Assembly: GCF_006345805.1 (NCBI RefSeq)
Contig: NC_043007.1
Coordinates: 53,258,001-53,322,000, forward strand
Origin: Octopus sinensis
Taxonomy: Eukaryota
Direction of reading: 5' to 3'
Length of the DNA stretch: 64,000 nt
A model generated the notes under the pieces. The model was not told the origin of the DNA, made no database searches, and saw only the letters and a program-made list of their open reading frames with translations. Positions 24,430 through 36,539 of this stretch are shown here, in pieces (within the stretch, counting starts at the first letter, position 1; the number at the start of each line of letters is the position of its first letter). Made by a program: the position numbers and the translations under genes.

Positions 24430-27400
24430 AAATTAATAATAATTTAACTTTACTTGAAAAGAAAATTTCAAACAGTACACCGAATCGATTGTCCATTGGT
24501 TATTCAGGAAGCTGTCAGCCTGATGGCGAAAAACTTTCAAATGGCAGAATATCTTCCCCGAATACGAACCGGGAAAGTCACTTAAACAGGATTTGTCCCA
24601 AATTAAGCCCCCAAAGTTCACCACCACAATGACCAGAAAATCAAAAATGTAAAAGGACTAAATGGAACTAAATGCTTATTACTTTGAATTAAGTAGGCCA
24701 ACACAAGAGAAACACACTGCAAACTCCTACAGAGTTTGGAGGAGCTGGAATTCCGCTAGCAGACCAAACCTGGATGAAAACAGATTAGCAAATGTTAGAA
24801 GAGATATCTTCAGAAATACCAGACTCACAGAAGCAGAATTAACCTCTATTAAAAAAGTGGTAGAGAATGACCTAAATATAAGTCAGGAGGGAATTAACAA
24901 AGCAGAGGAGAGGAATGTTGGACCATAAGCATTGACTGAAAGGCGACCATCTGCCGAAAACACTCAAGAACCTGAAGAAAAAGGAAAATATAATGACCCT
25001 AGAAAAAACAACCAGGAAAATGATGTCAAAACAGAATTTGAAGACCACATATTTGCTGAACAACACAGAAAATCTATCATTGAAATGAAGCAGGAAGTTC
25101 TGAATGAGCTTGTAGTTGTAGAGCATACAACTATGTATGATAGGGAACCACTCCATAAACTCTCAAATGCACATCAACATAAAACACAAATAAAAATTGG
25201 CAACTGCATTACACAAGAAATCATACAACAACTAAAACCTGATCTTAATAAGTTAAATGAAATTATTTACTCTGTTGCTAAGGTAATCAAAAGATGCTGT
25301 TTAACACCCAAAAAGCCAACAGTACCAAACTCGAAAAGAAAATCAAACTAGAGGAGTAGAATTGAAACTGAAATTGAATCATTGTAAAGGGAGATATCGA
25401 TATTAACTGAGCTAATCTCTTGAAATGGTGTAAGATCAAGAAAAGGCAGGAAGATTGTGAGAAAATATGGACTCTCAACAAAAAGCTCAGGGAATACGCA
25501 GATCTGAAAAAAGAATCAAATTCTACAAACAAAGTAAGATGTTCAAATCAAATGTCAAATCATTTTACAGGGAAATGGAAAGAAAAAAATAACCATTGAA
25601 AATCCACTTCTAATGGAAGAAGTTAAAAACTTTTGCAAAGAGATCTGGAGTGATGAGAAACCATACAATGAAGATGCAGACTGGATCAAACGCACCGAAG
25701 ATGCCTACAAAAATCTACAAGAACAGGTATGGGAAGACATCTCAATCACCGAGGGCACTAATGAAGACTCATAAGTGGAAATCCCCTGGTATTGATAGAG
25801 TACCAAATTTCTGGCTCTCATCACTCTCGTCTGCACACAAAATGTTAGTAATACTATTTTTCTGAAGGACCCAGAAAAACTCCCTATTGGATAGCAAATG
25901 GTATTACTTACCTCCTCCCCAAAAATAATGAAACCAAAGACCCAAAAAAACTACTAGCCTATAACATGTTTGTCTACTACCTATAAGATTTTGACATCTA
26001 TTCTAGTGGAGAAAGCATACGTTTATAGAAGAGAATAACCTCTTTCCCACTGAACAAAAAGGATGCCGACGAGGCTCATACGGATGCAAGGATCAGCTCC
26101 TAATTAATCGTATGATCCTTGAGAACTGCCATAACAAGCACAGAAATCTCAGCTCTTCATGGATTGATTACAAAAAAGCCTTTGACAGCATACCACGTTT
26201 GTGGATTCTGAAATCGCTGGACATTTTCAAAATTTCTCCTATGATTACAGATTTTTTGAAGTATAATATATCACTATGGAACACGAAGCTCCAATTATAT
26301 CATTCTAATGGAGTATCGCGCTCAAACAATATAAGCATAAACTGTGGCATTTTCCAAGGTGACTCACTTTCACCACTAATTTTCTGCATAGCACTAATAC
26401 CACTCTCAAGTGAACTAAATAGAACAGAGTATGGCTACAAAATTGACAACAGGAAAATAAGCCATCTATTTTATATGGATGATTTAAAACTATATGGCAA
26501 AGATGATGAAGAGCTTGAAGGACTATTACATACTGTGAAAGAGAGCAAAAAATTTGCTACTGATATCTTAGATATCTACCAGATTGATCAGGTTGAAGGA
26601 AATGCGACAACTGCTTCTGCAAAGAAAATAAAATTACTTGCAAAGACAAAAGCACATGAAAAATTAGCAAGCAGATGGGAACAGAAACCTCTGCATGGCA
26701 AGTATGTGGCCCGTAGCAAACAAGCTGATATCAACCAGAAACACACGCACCAATGGTTATGAAGCTCAGGGCTAAAAGTGGAGAGTGAAGGTTTCATATT
26801 AGCTGCTCAAGACCAAGGCTTATTAACCCAGAACTACCAAGCCAATGTGATAAAAAATGGAGCTGACCCAAAATGCCGATTCTCTAACGATGAGATTGAA
26901 ACTATAGACCACCTAATCTCAGTATGTAGAGTCTTAGCACCTGTAGAATATAAAGCAAGACATGACAGAGTCGGCCAATATTTACACTGGACAATATGTC
27001 GGCATTATAAAATCAAAACCGCTGACAAATGGTAAAAACACCATCTTGAAGCTGTGACTGAGGGAGAAAATGTGTTGATTCTATGGGACTTCCCTGTACA
27101 TACTGACAAAACTATAATAGGTAATAAACCAGATATTATTATAAAAGATCAGACAAAAAGAATGTGTTTATTAATTGACATGAGTATTCCTTGCGATCAC
27201 AATATAGCGGCGAAAGAATTTGACAAGATCAGTAAATATAAAGACTTGCTAATAGAAATTGAAAAAATGTGGCATCTCAAGGTGTCTACAGTACCAGTGA
27301 TTGTAGGAGCTCTAGGAATGATAAAAAAAAGGTACTGAAACCTATTTGAAAATGATACCAGGCTTACCATCCCTACAGGAAGTGCAAAAAAATTGTCTTA

Positions 27401-27610
27401 ACTGGAACGGCTCATGTACTGAGAAGAGCATTATTGCTGTGAAAACAACATCCATTCATGAATTTATTTATTAATTTTTTTAAATACATATTTTACCTGT
27501 GAATTTGCATGTGTAATGCATACAATGAGCTTCTCTGCCCTAGGTGTACGGAAAACACTTGGCGAGAAACGGAAGAAAATTTGAAGAAAGAAGGAAAAAA
27601 ATAATAAATA
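24430..27610 (+). mobile_element. R4/Dong-clade LINE (RT + restriction-like endonuclease), decayed, internal deletion
   Basis: N-terminus NLDENRLANVRRDI; RT GCKDQLLIN...IDYKKAFDS...GIFQGDSLSPL...SHLFYMDDLK; deletion at about 26540; CRF...ETIDHL...RHD; REL motifs NKPDII...LIDMSIP...KYKDL...VGALG. Confidence 0.92.
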
Positions 27611-27613
27611 ATA

Positions 27614-30600
27614 AGTGGGTAGCGATTTCTTCACTACTTCAGGGAGCGACAACCCTGCCTGACATGAGTCCTGGGCTCAGCTGGCTCCAGCTGACAGTAC
27701 CCGGTATGGGCCCCTATCCAGGGTTACGGAAAGGAGACAACCTTCAGAGAAATCCAGAGTGGAGCCCCGAGGTAGTTTAGTGTTCGACTCGACACTCTTC
27801 CAGCAGCTCTTGCATCCAAGCTGGTATCTTCAGAGTTGAAGACACAAGAAAGACGGCCATCATTGACCGTGAACTAAAGAGGCTTAACATAGACATTGCT
27901 GGACTGCAGGAGACAAGACTCCCCTCAAATGGCAAAGTCAAAGAACAGGATTTCATCTTCTTTTGGCAGGGAAGCGATCCAGAAGAGCCTCGTCAGCATG
28001 GTGTTGGTTTTGCAGTGAGAAACTCATTACTCTCCTCAATAGAACCACCATCAGGAGGCACTGAGTGTATCCTCTCACTGCGCTTCTCGACCTCTTCTGG
28101 CCCAGTACATCTACTGAGGATCTATGCTCCCACACTCTACAGCTCAGAGGAGACCAAGGACCAGTTCTACAAAGATCTCGACTGTCATTAGAAATATACC
28201 AACCAATGAAAACATCTACCTTCTAGGAGATTTTAACGCTCATATGGGATCTGATCATGATTCGTGGCTCATTTATGTTGGACACTTTGGTATTGGCAAC
28301 ATGAATGACAATGGTCAGAGACTACTTGAATTTTGCACATACCATAACCTGTGCATCACCAACACATTCTTTGCCAACAAGCCATCCCACAAGGCATCTT
28401 GGAGACATCCAAGATCTCACCACTGGCATCAGTTGGATCTCATCATTACATGAAGATCCTTTCTGAATTCTGTTCAACTGACCTGTAGTTACCACAGCAT
28501 GGATTGTGACACAGATCATTCACTAATAAGAAGCAGGGTGAGGATTCTGCCTTAAAAAGTCCATGGGCCATCCATGCATTAACACTGCCAGAATCTCGGA
28601 CCCTATACTGCAAAAATGTTTTGCTGTTTCTATCAAGGTTGCCCTTAGTAGCTGCCCAACCTCCTCTGCTGAAAGTAGGTGGAATTATATCAGGGAAGCT
28701 TTGTATACCACATCAATAGATACTTTCGGCATGAGAGAAAGGCAAAACCCAGATTGGTTCAGTGCTGGGCTCTCAGAGCTGGAACCAGTTATTGAAGCAA
28801 AGCATGCAGCTCTGATGCAATACAAGAGTGATTCTAATACAAAGTCACTTGAAGAACTCAGAAAGGCAAGAAATAAAACCCAACTGACTGCCAGACACTG
28901 TGCAAATAGGTATTGGCAGGAAATCTGTCAGAGTATCCAGTCAGTTGCTGACAGTGGCGACACCTGTGGGATGTATGCCAGTTTGAAGAAGGCCCTTGGT
29001 CTATCCGCAACCAAGTCAGCTCCTCTGAAATCAACTACTGGAGATCTCATCAAGGACCAAAGCAAGCAAATGGATAGATGGGTAGAGTACTACCAGGATC
29101 TCTACTCACGGGAGACCACGGTAGATGAGGCTGCAATCGAGGGTGTCAAGATCTTGCCAGTCATGTGCGAACTTGACAGTCTGCCATCTATAGCAGAGCT
29201 CACCAAGGCTATTGACTCCCTAACCTGTAACAAGGCTCCAGGAAAAGACGGCATCCCCTCAGAGATCATCAAAGCCAGCAAAAACACTGTCCTGCTTCGG
29301 CACCTTCATAAGCTTCTGTGTCAGTGCTGGGAAGAGGGTACAGTCCCTCAGGATATGCGGGATGCTAACATCATTACACTTTACAAAAACAAAGGTGACC
29401 GTGGTGGTTGTAACAATTACCGTGGAATATCTCTTCTAAGCACTGTTGGAAAGACCTTTGCTCACGTTATCCTGTCCAGGCTACAACTGCTTGCTTCTTG
29501 AATATATCTGGAATCACAGTGCGGCTTTAGAAGAAGCAGATCAACTATTGACATGATATTCTCCATACACCAACTTCAGGAGAAGTCCAGAGAGCAGAAA
29601 ATGCCATTATATATGGCCTTCATTGATCTGACAACGGCCTTTGACTTGGTAAGTAGAAAAGGCCTCTTCATCCAGCTCCAAAAAAATCAGATGTCCACCA
29701 AAGCTGCTGAGGATCATCATATCTTTTCATGATAATATGCAAGGCACCGTACAGCACAATGGTTCGACATCAGTCGCCTTCCAAATAAAAAATGGGGTAA
29801 AGTAAGGTTGTGTCCTTGCTCCTACATTATTTGGCATCTTCTTCTCGCTACTGCTGTCACATGCCTTTGAGACATCAGATGATGGAGTGTTTCTGCACAG
29901 TAGAAGTGACGGGAAACTGTTCAATCTCTTGTGTCTGTGTGCCAAGACCAAAATCAGAAGCGTCCTGATCAAGGAGATGCTATTTGCTGATGATGCCACT
30001 CTGGTATCACACACAGAAGAAGCCCTGCAAAGGCTCATCAACTGTTTTGAGCAATCATGTAGCGACTTGGGCTTAGTTATCAGCCTCAGTAAGACCAACA
30101 TCATGGGTCAGGCTACATCGGACATCCCAAACACATATTGGAGACCACAGATTACAGGAGGTGAAGTTTACCTATCTTGGCTCTACCATCACCTACAACC
30201 TATCCCTTGATGCCGAGCTCAATATACGCATTGGCAAGGCAGCTGCTGTGATGGCCCAACTCTCCAAACGGGCATGGGACATCAATAAGCTGACCAAGAC
30301 CACAAAAATGAAGATTTACCAGGCATGTGTACTTAGCACTCAACTGCATGGAAGTGAGACTTGGACGCCATACACATGCCAAGAGCGTCACCTAAATATC
30401 TTTCACCTCCGGAAAATCCTTGGCATCAAATGGCAGAATCATGTCCCCAACAAAGATGTCCTCAAGCAGGAATACCAAGCATGTTTGCACTCCTCACACA
30501 AAGACGTATGAGATGGCTTGGACATGTTAGCCATATGGAAGATGGCAGAATCCCCAAGGACATACTCTACGGAGAGCTTGCTAGGGGCAGTAGGTCTGTA

Positions 30601-31001
30601 GGAAGACCGTTCTTACAATACAAGGATGTTTGCAAAAGGGACATGAAAGCCTGCGACATCAATATTAACAACTGTGAAGCAGTTGCCAGCAACCGTGGAG
30701 ATTGGCAATGTACCGTAAAAGAGGGAACACAAAGGAGTGACAGAAGGAGAAAGAAGAAATGGAAAGACAAGAAAAACCGTCGAGAAACTATGACATTACA
30801 ACCAACCAGGCAAAGTCTTCGCTACATTTGCTGCACCTGCCAGAGGGAGTGTTTGTTCAGGATAGGACTACACAGCCACTGCAGGAGATGTATTAGAACA
30901 TGAAATGTAAAAGCCAGTCTAGATTATTTTTATGCGCAACTCCATTGTCTCCCAAGACAAAAAGGATGCCAAACAACAACAACAACAATAATAATAATAA
31001 T
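27614..31001 (+). mobile_element. RTE-BovB-like LINE (family B), near full length, decayed
   Basis: 5' UTR; endonuclease IAGLQETRL...LLGDFNAH...HWHQLDLII; RT KAPGKDGIP, NYRGISLLS, CGFRRSRSTIDMIF, GCVLAPTLF, LFADD; C-terminal CQRECLFRIGLHSH; (AAC)n(AAT)n tail. Confidence 0.93.
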
Positions 31002-31576
31002 ACTGCCCTGCTGCAGTACCAGGCAGTAGCTCTCATGGCTTCTGATCTTAGCTGATTGGAAGTGTTATCATGTACATTGTTTTGTCTTGGTATAAAAGAT
31101 GGGCTACAGCAAATATTCTGCTCAATACCACAGATTTGCTTGTCAGTTGTTTGACCATAACCAGTTGAGCATGTCCCTTAGTGGCTAACAATATGTGCAT
31201 CTCTGATCACGAGCAGAAGTAGTGGGGGAGCATCATAGCCATGTGTTGAGAGGGATTCTTTGGGGTTTGACTAATTCACCTCTGGAAACATGGGTGTTTC
31301 GTTCAACATCCTTAAACAACCCTTATTCAGGGACCTTTTGAGCGGGATGGGTTACTCAACCAGAAGTAAGTTCTAACTGGGCCCCCACCTGCAAGGTCAT
31401 GTGTTGTTTATCTTGATATGAGATCACCATGTCGTGCACGTATGGTTGTGATGCATGTGCCTAGTGTACCCTTATCAGACGGGTAGTCATGATGGGTATA
31501 CTGGGCTTCGTATATTTTACCCCAGTGTCACTTTGATGGCATGCACTGCTCCCTCACTCAATAATAATAATAATAA
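31002..31576 (+). mobile_element. Unclassified interspersed repeat, about 570 bp, with (ATA)n tail (SINE-like)
   Basis: A second, inverted partial copy lies at about 48320-48480; (ATA)n on both sides. Confidence 0.6.
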
Positions 31577-33300
31577 AGGCTAAATCTAAGATTTTTAAGG
31601 TCAGAAAGAACACCTGTATTTTATGGTCTCCCTAAAATACACAAAAAGTTCGAAAGATTTCCTCCAATGCGCCCAATTTGCAGCGGATATGAATGTTGCA
31701 TGGCCAAAATTTCAGAGTGGCTGGATGGCTTTCTGCTCCCCATTGCAAAATGATCAAGTTCCTATATTTGGGATACTTTTGATTTTGTATCTAAAACCAA
31801 CAACAACTTTTTTAAGCACTGAGGCCCTATTGAGAACTGTTTTTTGGCAACCATGGATGTTTATTACTTACATCCCAATATCGACCACAATGAAGGGGTA
31901 GAAGCATGTATGGATGCCTTCGAAAAGTGGTCAAACGAAAGTATTCCATCAAATTTTCTCTGTAGATTATTGAGGTTTGTGTTTGAAAGTAACACAATGA
32001 AGTTTAGACAAAGATTTTACCACCAGATGAAGAGTTGCGCCATGGGTACACCCATGGCAGTTAATTTCGCTAATGTTTTCATGACAAAATTCGAGACACA
32101 GTTACTGAAGACATTCAAATCCCTTCGTGGTCATGAACCAATACTCTGGTTACGGTTCATTGACAACATATTCTTTGTCTGGGAAGGATCACAGGATAGT
32201 TTAATGGACTTTTTGCATTTCTGTGACTGTTATGCTAGAAACTATGGCTTGAAGTCCAACATAAAATTTACATCTAGTTATTCAAAAACTAGCATTGAAT
32301 TTTTGGACAAAAGTCAAGTTTTCTGGAGGCAGAATAGTGACAGAGTTATTTTGCAAGCCCACGTCATCCCACATTTATCTCCACCGCCGCTCCGATCATC
32401 CACGTCATCTTATTCGGTCAAATCCGAAATCCCAATTTTTGAGGATAAAACGGATTTGTACTGATATAGGGGATTACTGGAAACATGCAAATGCTTTTGT
32501 ATGCCATTATGTTGAACGTGGTTACAGTGAATCACTATTAAAGGAAATAGCAAATGAAATAGCTAAGATTAGCAAAGATAGTCAAGCCTACACGCATAAT
32601 TTTTGCAAACACAATTCAATGGATGACAGAATTCCTTTTGTGATTAACTGGCACCAAAATTTCACTGGCATTTCAAGTGTTGCATGAAAGTTACCAGCAT
32701 GTGGTAAAAAATTATTCTCATTTCAAACAGATATTTCCTCAGCCACCTATTGTCACCTTTAGACGGAATAAGAATATAAAGAGAATTATTGACCTCTATA
32801 TCTGACTCCAAGAAAATTAATATTAGAGTATCTGCACACTGTACCTTAAAGAACAGCCGCAAGAGAGGTAGGCCCTGTTCATTATGCAACAACATAAAGT
32901 GAATTCCATCAGAAATCAATAGAAATGATTTATACAGAAGGTGGAACATGTAAAGATTTCCATTTGGTGTACGTTGCAGAATGCACGAAACACAATTTAT
33001 GTTGGTTGTACAACAGAACAATTAAACAAAAAGTTTAATGGGCACAGATTCGACATCAGGCACAATAATAGTAGTTCGATAGAACTTGCTGAACATCTTG
33101 TTTCAAGCAGCTGCAATTTTGAAGAAGACTTGAAAGTGCATATTTTCAGAAAATATTCTGAATCTGCTTCATTTTCACTTCTCAGAATGTATGAGGAGAA
33201 ATATGTTAGCGGGTTATTAACATCACGCCCTGGAGGAATGAATAAGATGACAGGAGAATATCATCAAATTTATACAAAACTGTTTGATTAAATATTCTCC
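31577..33300 (+). mobile_element. Neptune-type Penelope-like element, 5'-truncated, decayed
   Basis: PVFYGLPKIHK, TMDVYYLHPNIDHNEG, MGTPMAVNFAN, WLRFIDNIF, FLD; Cys-rich linker (C...CSLC); GIY-YIG IYVGCT...FNGHRFDI...E...LN-like end. Confidence 0.92.
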
Positions 33301-33671
33301 TTTATCTCTTTTTCTTTTCTTTTTTCTGTCTTCTTTTCTGTTTTTTCTTTTTCTTTTCACCTGTTATAAAATTGTAACTTAAAAACTGATGATGTCATTC
33401 CATCAACGTATGGACACTGGTTGCTCTCGTTCATACTTTACATTTAAATTTCTGTAATTTTGAATTTTTATCACTTATTTTGAACTTGACAAAAACTGAC
33501 GTACTGTTGAAATATCGTTTAACTGATAAAATAGCTTACAATCGAATAACACTCTTGGTCTTGATTGTTTACCTTTGTGAAGAGTTGCGTCAATCCTTTT
33601 TAAAATATAATAATAATAATAACAGCGTAAAATATCTTAGGAATGAGAACCCAGGTTTGAAATTTCCTCAA

Positions 33672-33717
33672 GACACCTGATGAAGGCTGGAGGGTATATC
33701 AGCCGAAACGTTGTGTT
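33672..33717 (+). ncRNA. Minimal type-I hammerhead ribozyme with canonical core
   Basis: GACAC-CUGAUGA-A-GGCUG-gagggtatat-CAGCC-GAA-ACGU-U-GUGUU, downstream of and co-oriented with the PLE ORF. Confidence 0.85.
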
Positions 33718-34119
33718 AACAACAAACAAGATGAGGACAAATATCTGTCAGATATAAATAATGTAAATAATCTAGCAAGTAAAAGTTAAAAAAAAAAACA
33801 TTCCTTACACTTTTACATTAAATTCATTGGCTGCAACTGGAAATATTTACTAATATCAATATTTCCTTTATAAAGCATAAATTTCTTACCAGAAGATCTG
33901 TTTAGAATTACTCATGATTCCTAAGTGCATAAATAATCTTATTTAACATTTAATTGAATGTTGACTGAATAATTTTAAATCTTTGGATTTTTAAAGGGTG
34001 TTAAAAAGCGTTATTATCAAATTTTAACTTTCTCATTGCGTTTAATTATGAATAACCTTATTTAATTTTCAGTTGTTCCAACTTTTGAGAAACTCAAATA
34101 GATTTCATTTTATTGTTAG

Positions 34120-34249
34120 GTACGAAACCAGCTGAAAGAATACCCTGTACTGTTGATGCCCAGCCACAGAAGTTATATAGATTTCTTACTATTATCTTTT
34201 ATTTTTTTCCACTATGATTTACCACTGCCTGCTATTGCAGCAGCTATGG
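34120..34249 (+). CDS. GNPAT: GNPAT exon with catalytic HxxxxD motif (130 nt, phase 0-1)
   Basis: ttgttag| ... ATG G|gtgagt. Encodes [51 protein letters not shown] is acyltransferase motif I of the GPAT/DHAPAT family. Confidence 0.95.
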
Positions 34250-34949
34250 GTGAGTCAAATTTTTCTCATAACACATGTTGGTTGAATATTTGGATTATTT
34301 TTGTTGTATGTAGATGGTGAAGGTGTAGCAGCTATAATTTTATTCAATTTTAAGAACATGCAGGCTTGAGTTAAGAAGCTTACATAATCTGGAAGGAAGT
34401 GATACGGAAACGAATGAAGTACAGGACTACAGTGAATGATGGATTAGAAACACAGTCACAACAGTCTTTGCTGCATCAGAAGTTTAGTATGTAGTCATCA
34501 AGCAAAAGCCTTTTCATTACTCAATCTGAGCTGATTGTTACAGGATTGTTTGTGAGAATTCTAAGTTTGTGTGTGTTATCTGGTTTCACTTTCTTGGTTG
34601 TAGACCCAGATTGTGATGGCAAATATAGAATTTTCTTACTTTGGTCAGATCTTGGTTCTGCTGGTGATGGCATAAGTGTTTCCTGTTGTATACCTTGACA
34701 GTATTGCATCCAGTCAGAACTTTTTGGTCAAACAGGAGTGTCCAAGTACCTTTTCTGATGGTGAATCTGGGGGATAGTAAGTCATATCATGAGTTGAAAC
34801 TAGTGATGTGGCTATTGTTAAACTGTATCTGTGATAAATTGGATGAGATAGTTTCCAATAGTTTGACCTTCTCTAGGTGAATTAGATGATTTTGATGTAA
34901 AAATGTTGAACTAAGGTTGGTTAAGAACAATGGCAGATTGGATTTGAAT

Positions 34950-35300
34950 TTAGAGGCTCTATGAGAAGTAAATGTTGTCATTGGTTGAAAGACTTCTGAT
35001 TGAACAAAAAAGCCACCTATTTCTGGTCAGTTAGAATGGTAGTTGAGGGTATGGCAGTTATAAAATATTACCTGCATCAGCAGCATTCCAATATTGTGCA
35101 GCTTCTTTTTTATGCCTGATTGGTTTCTCTTGACTTTTTGAAATGTTCAGCTATAGAATGCCACTGACCTTCCATCCTGAAATAAGACCATGTCCAACAC
35201 TGTTAGAAGCATCTGTCTCTATAAAGTCTGGAGCTGTAGATTTTACAAACTCTCATTTAAGTTTTGATATGACATCTTTAGCCGCCAGAGTTAAACCGTT
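34950..35300 (-). mobile_element. Ty3/Gypsy RNase H remnant
   Basis: Minus strand, with frameshifts: DAS...QDGRSVAFYS*...KKEA...TDQK*VAFLF. Confidence 0.55.
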
Positions 35301-35339
35301 GCTTGTAATAGATTTTTGAGCATTCGTTAAATGTATGGT

Positions 35340-35600
35340 TAGATCTAAACAATTCACAATCCACTGTGTAATACACAGAGATATATCACATCTACATTTG
35401 AGCCATTTAGTATCTGTTTTAACACCCAGTCATAGTGTTGCAGGAGCTGTGTTAGGTAGCTTCTACCTGGTCGAAATCCATGCTGGGTGTCAATCAGCAA
35501 GTCATATTCTTCAAGGAACATGATTAGTTTCTTGCGGACTATTCTTTCCATGACTTTGCTGATGTGTGAGTTCTGAGAGATAGGCCTATAATTTCTATAA
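35340..35600 (-). mobile_element. CR1-type LINE RT fragment
   Basis: NYRPISQNSHISKVMERI...QHGFRPGRSYLTQLLQHY...VDVIYL; same family as 37728-38084. Confidence 0.85.
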
Positions 35601-35673
35601 TATATACACATTATCAATATAAATAATATATATTATATATAAAATATATATATAATTATATATATAAGATATA

Positions 35674-35713
<40 letters not shown>

Positions 35714-35937
35714 TATATATATATATATCTATATAATATATATATATATATAATATATATATATACATATTATATATATATACATATATATAGATATATA
35801 TATATATATATATCCATATATATATTTATACTATATCTATCTCTACATATTATATATATATATATATATAGCTAGTATATATATATAATACATATTACTA
35901 GTATAATATACACTATTATATATATACACCATAATAT

Positions 35938-36037
35938 NNNNNNNNNNNNNNNNNNNNNNNNNNNNNNNNNNNNNNNNNNNNNNNNNNNNNNNNNNNNNNN
36001 NNNNNNNNNNNNNNNNNNNNNNNNNNNNNNNNNNNNN
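35938..36037. other. Assembly gap (100 N), preceded by (TA)n
   Basis: Exactly 100 Ns, the usual placeholder for a gap of unknown size. Confidence 0.99.
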
Positions 36038-36405
36038 GTGTTTTCAAATCCAAACCAAGGAGTTCTGAGCTGATGATAGAAATGTCGAGTTGACTAATCT
36101 TGAAACGTACGTTCTCAAATAACCTTTGCATTTGATTTTTTAATGTCTCTTTACCCCCATACTTTCGTGAGTTGAATTGAGCAAACACTATATGAGAGAG
36201 ATTTTCTTTAAGTATTAGAAATAGTTTTAAAAAAGTTTTTTTAGCTACTATTTCTAATGAGTTCAGTATGTGGCAAAGTAATTTATTTTACTAAGCCCTT
36301 TTATATAATGTAATAATTTGAATTCTTGGTGAAATTGATTAATAATTAATTAATTTTACCCTCAATTGTTGAAATTATATGTATATATGTATATATATAT
36401 GTATG

Positions 36406-36438
<33 letters not shown>

Positions 36439-36539
36439 GTATATATATATGTATATATATATATATGTATATATATATGTATATATGTATATGTATATGT
36501 ATATATATATGTATATATATATACGCATATGTATATACT

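Noticed and set aside
27614-27830. HDV-like ribozyme in the RTE-BovB 5' UTR
   Set aside because: Expected in some RTEs, but I could not assemble the nested double pseudoknot by eye; needs a descriptor-based search.
33380-33420. Additional hammerhead at ctgatgatgtc
   Set aside because: CUGAUGA is present, but there is no stem II closure or downstream GAAA.
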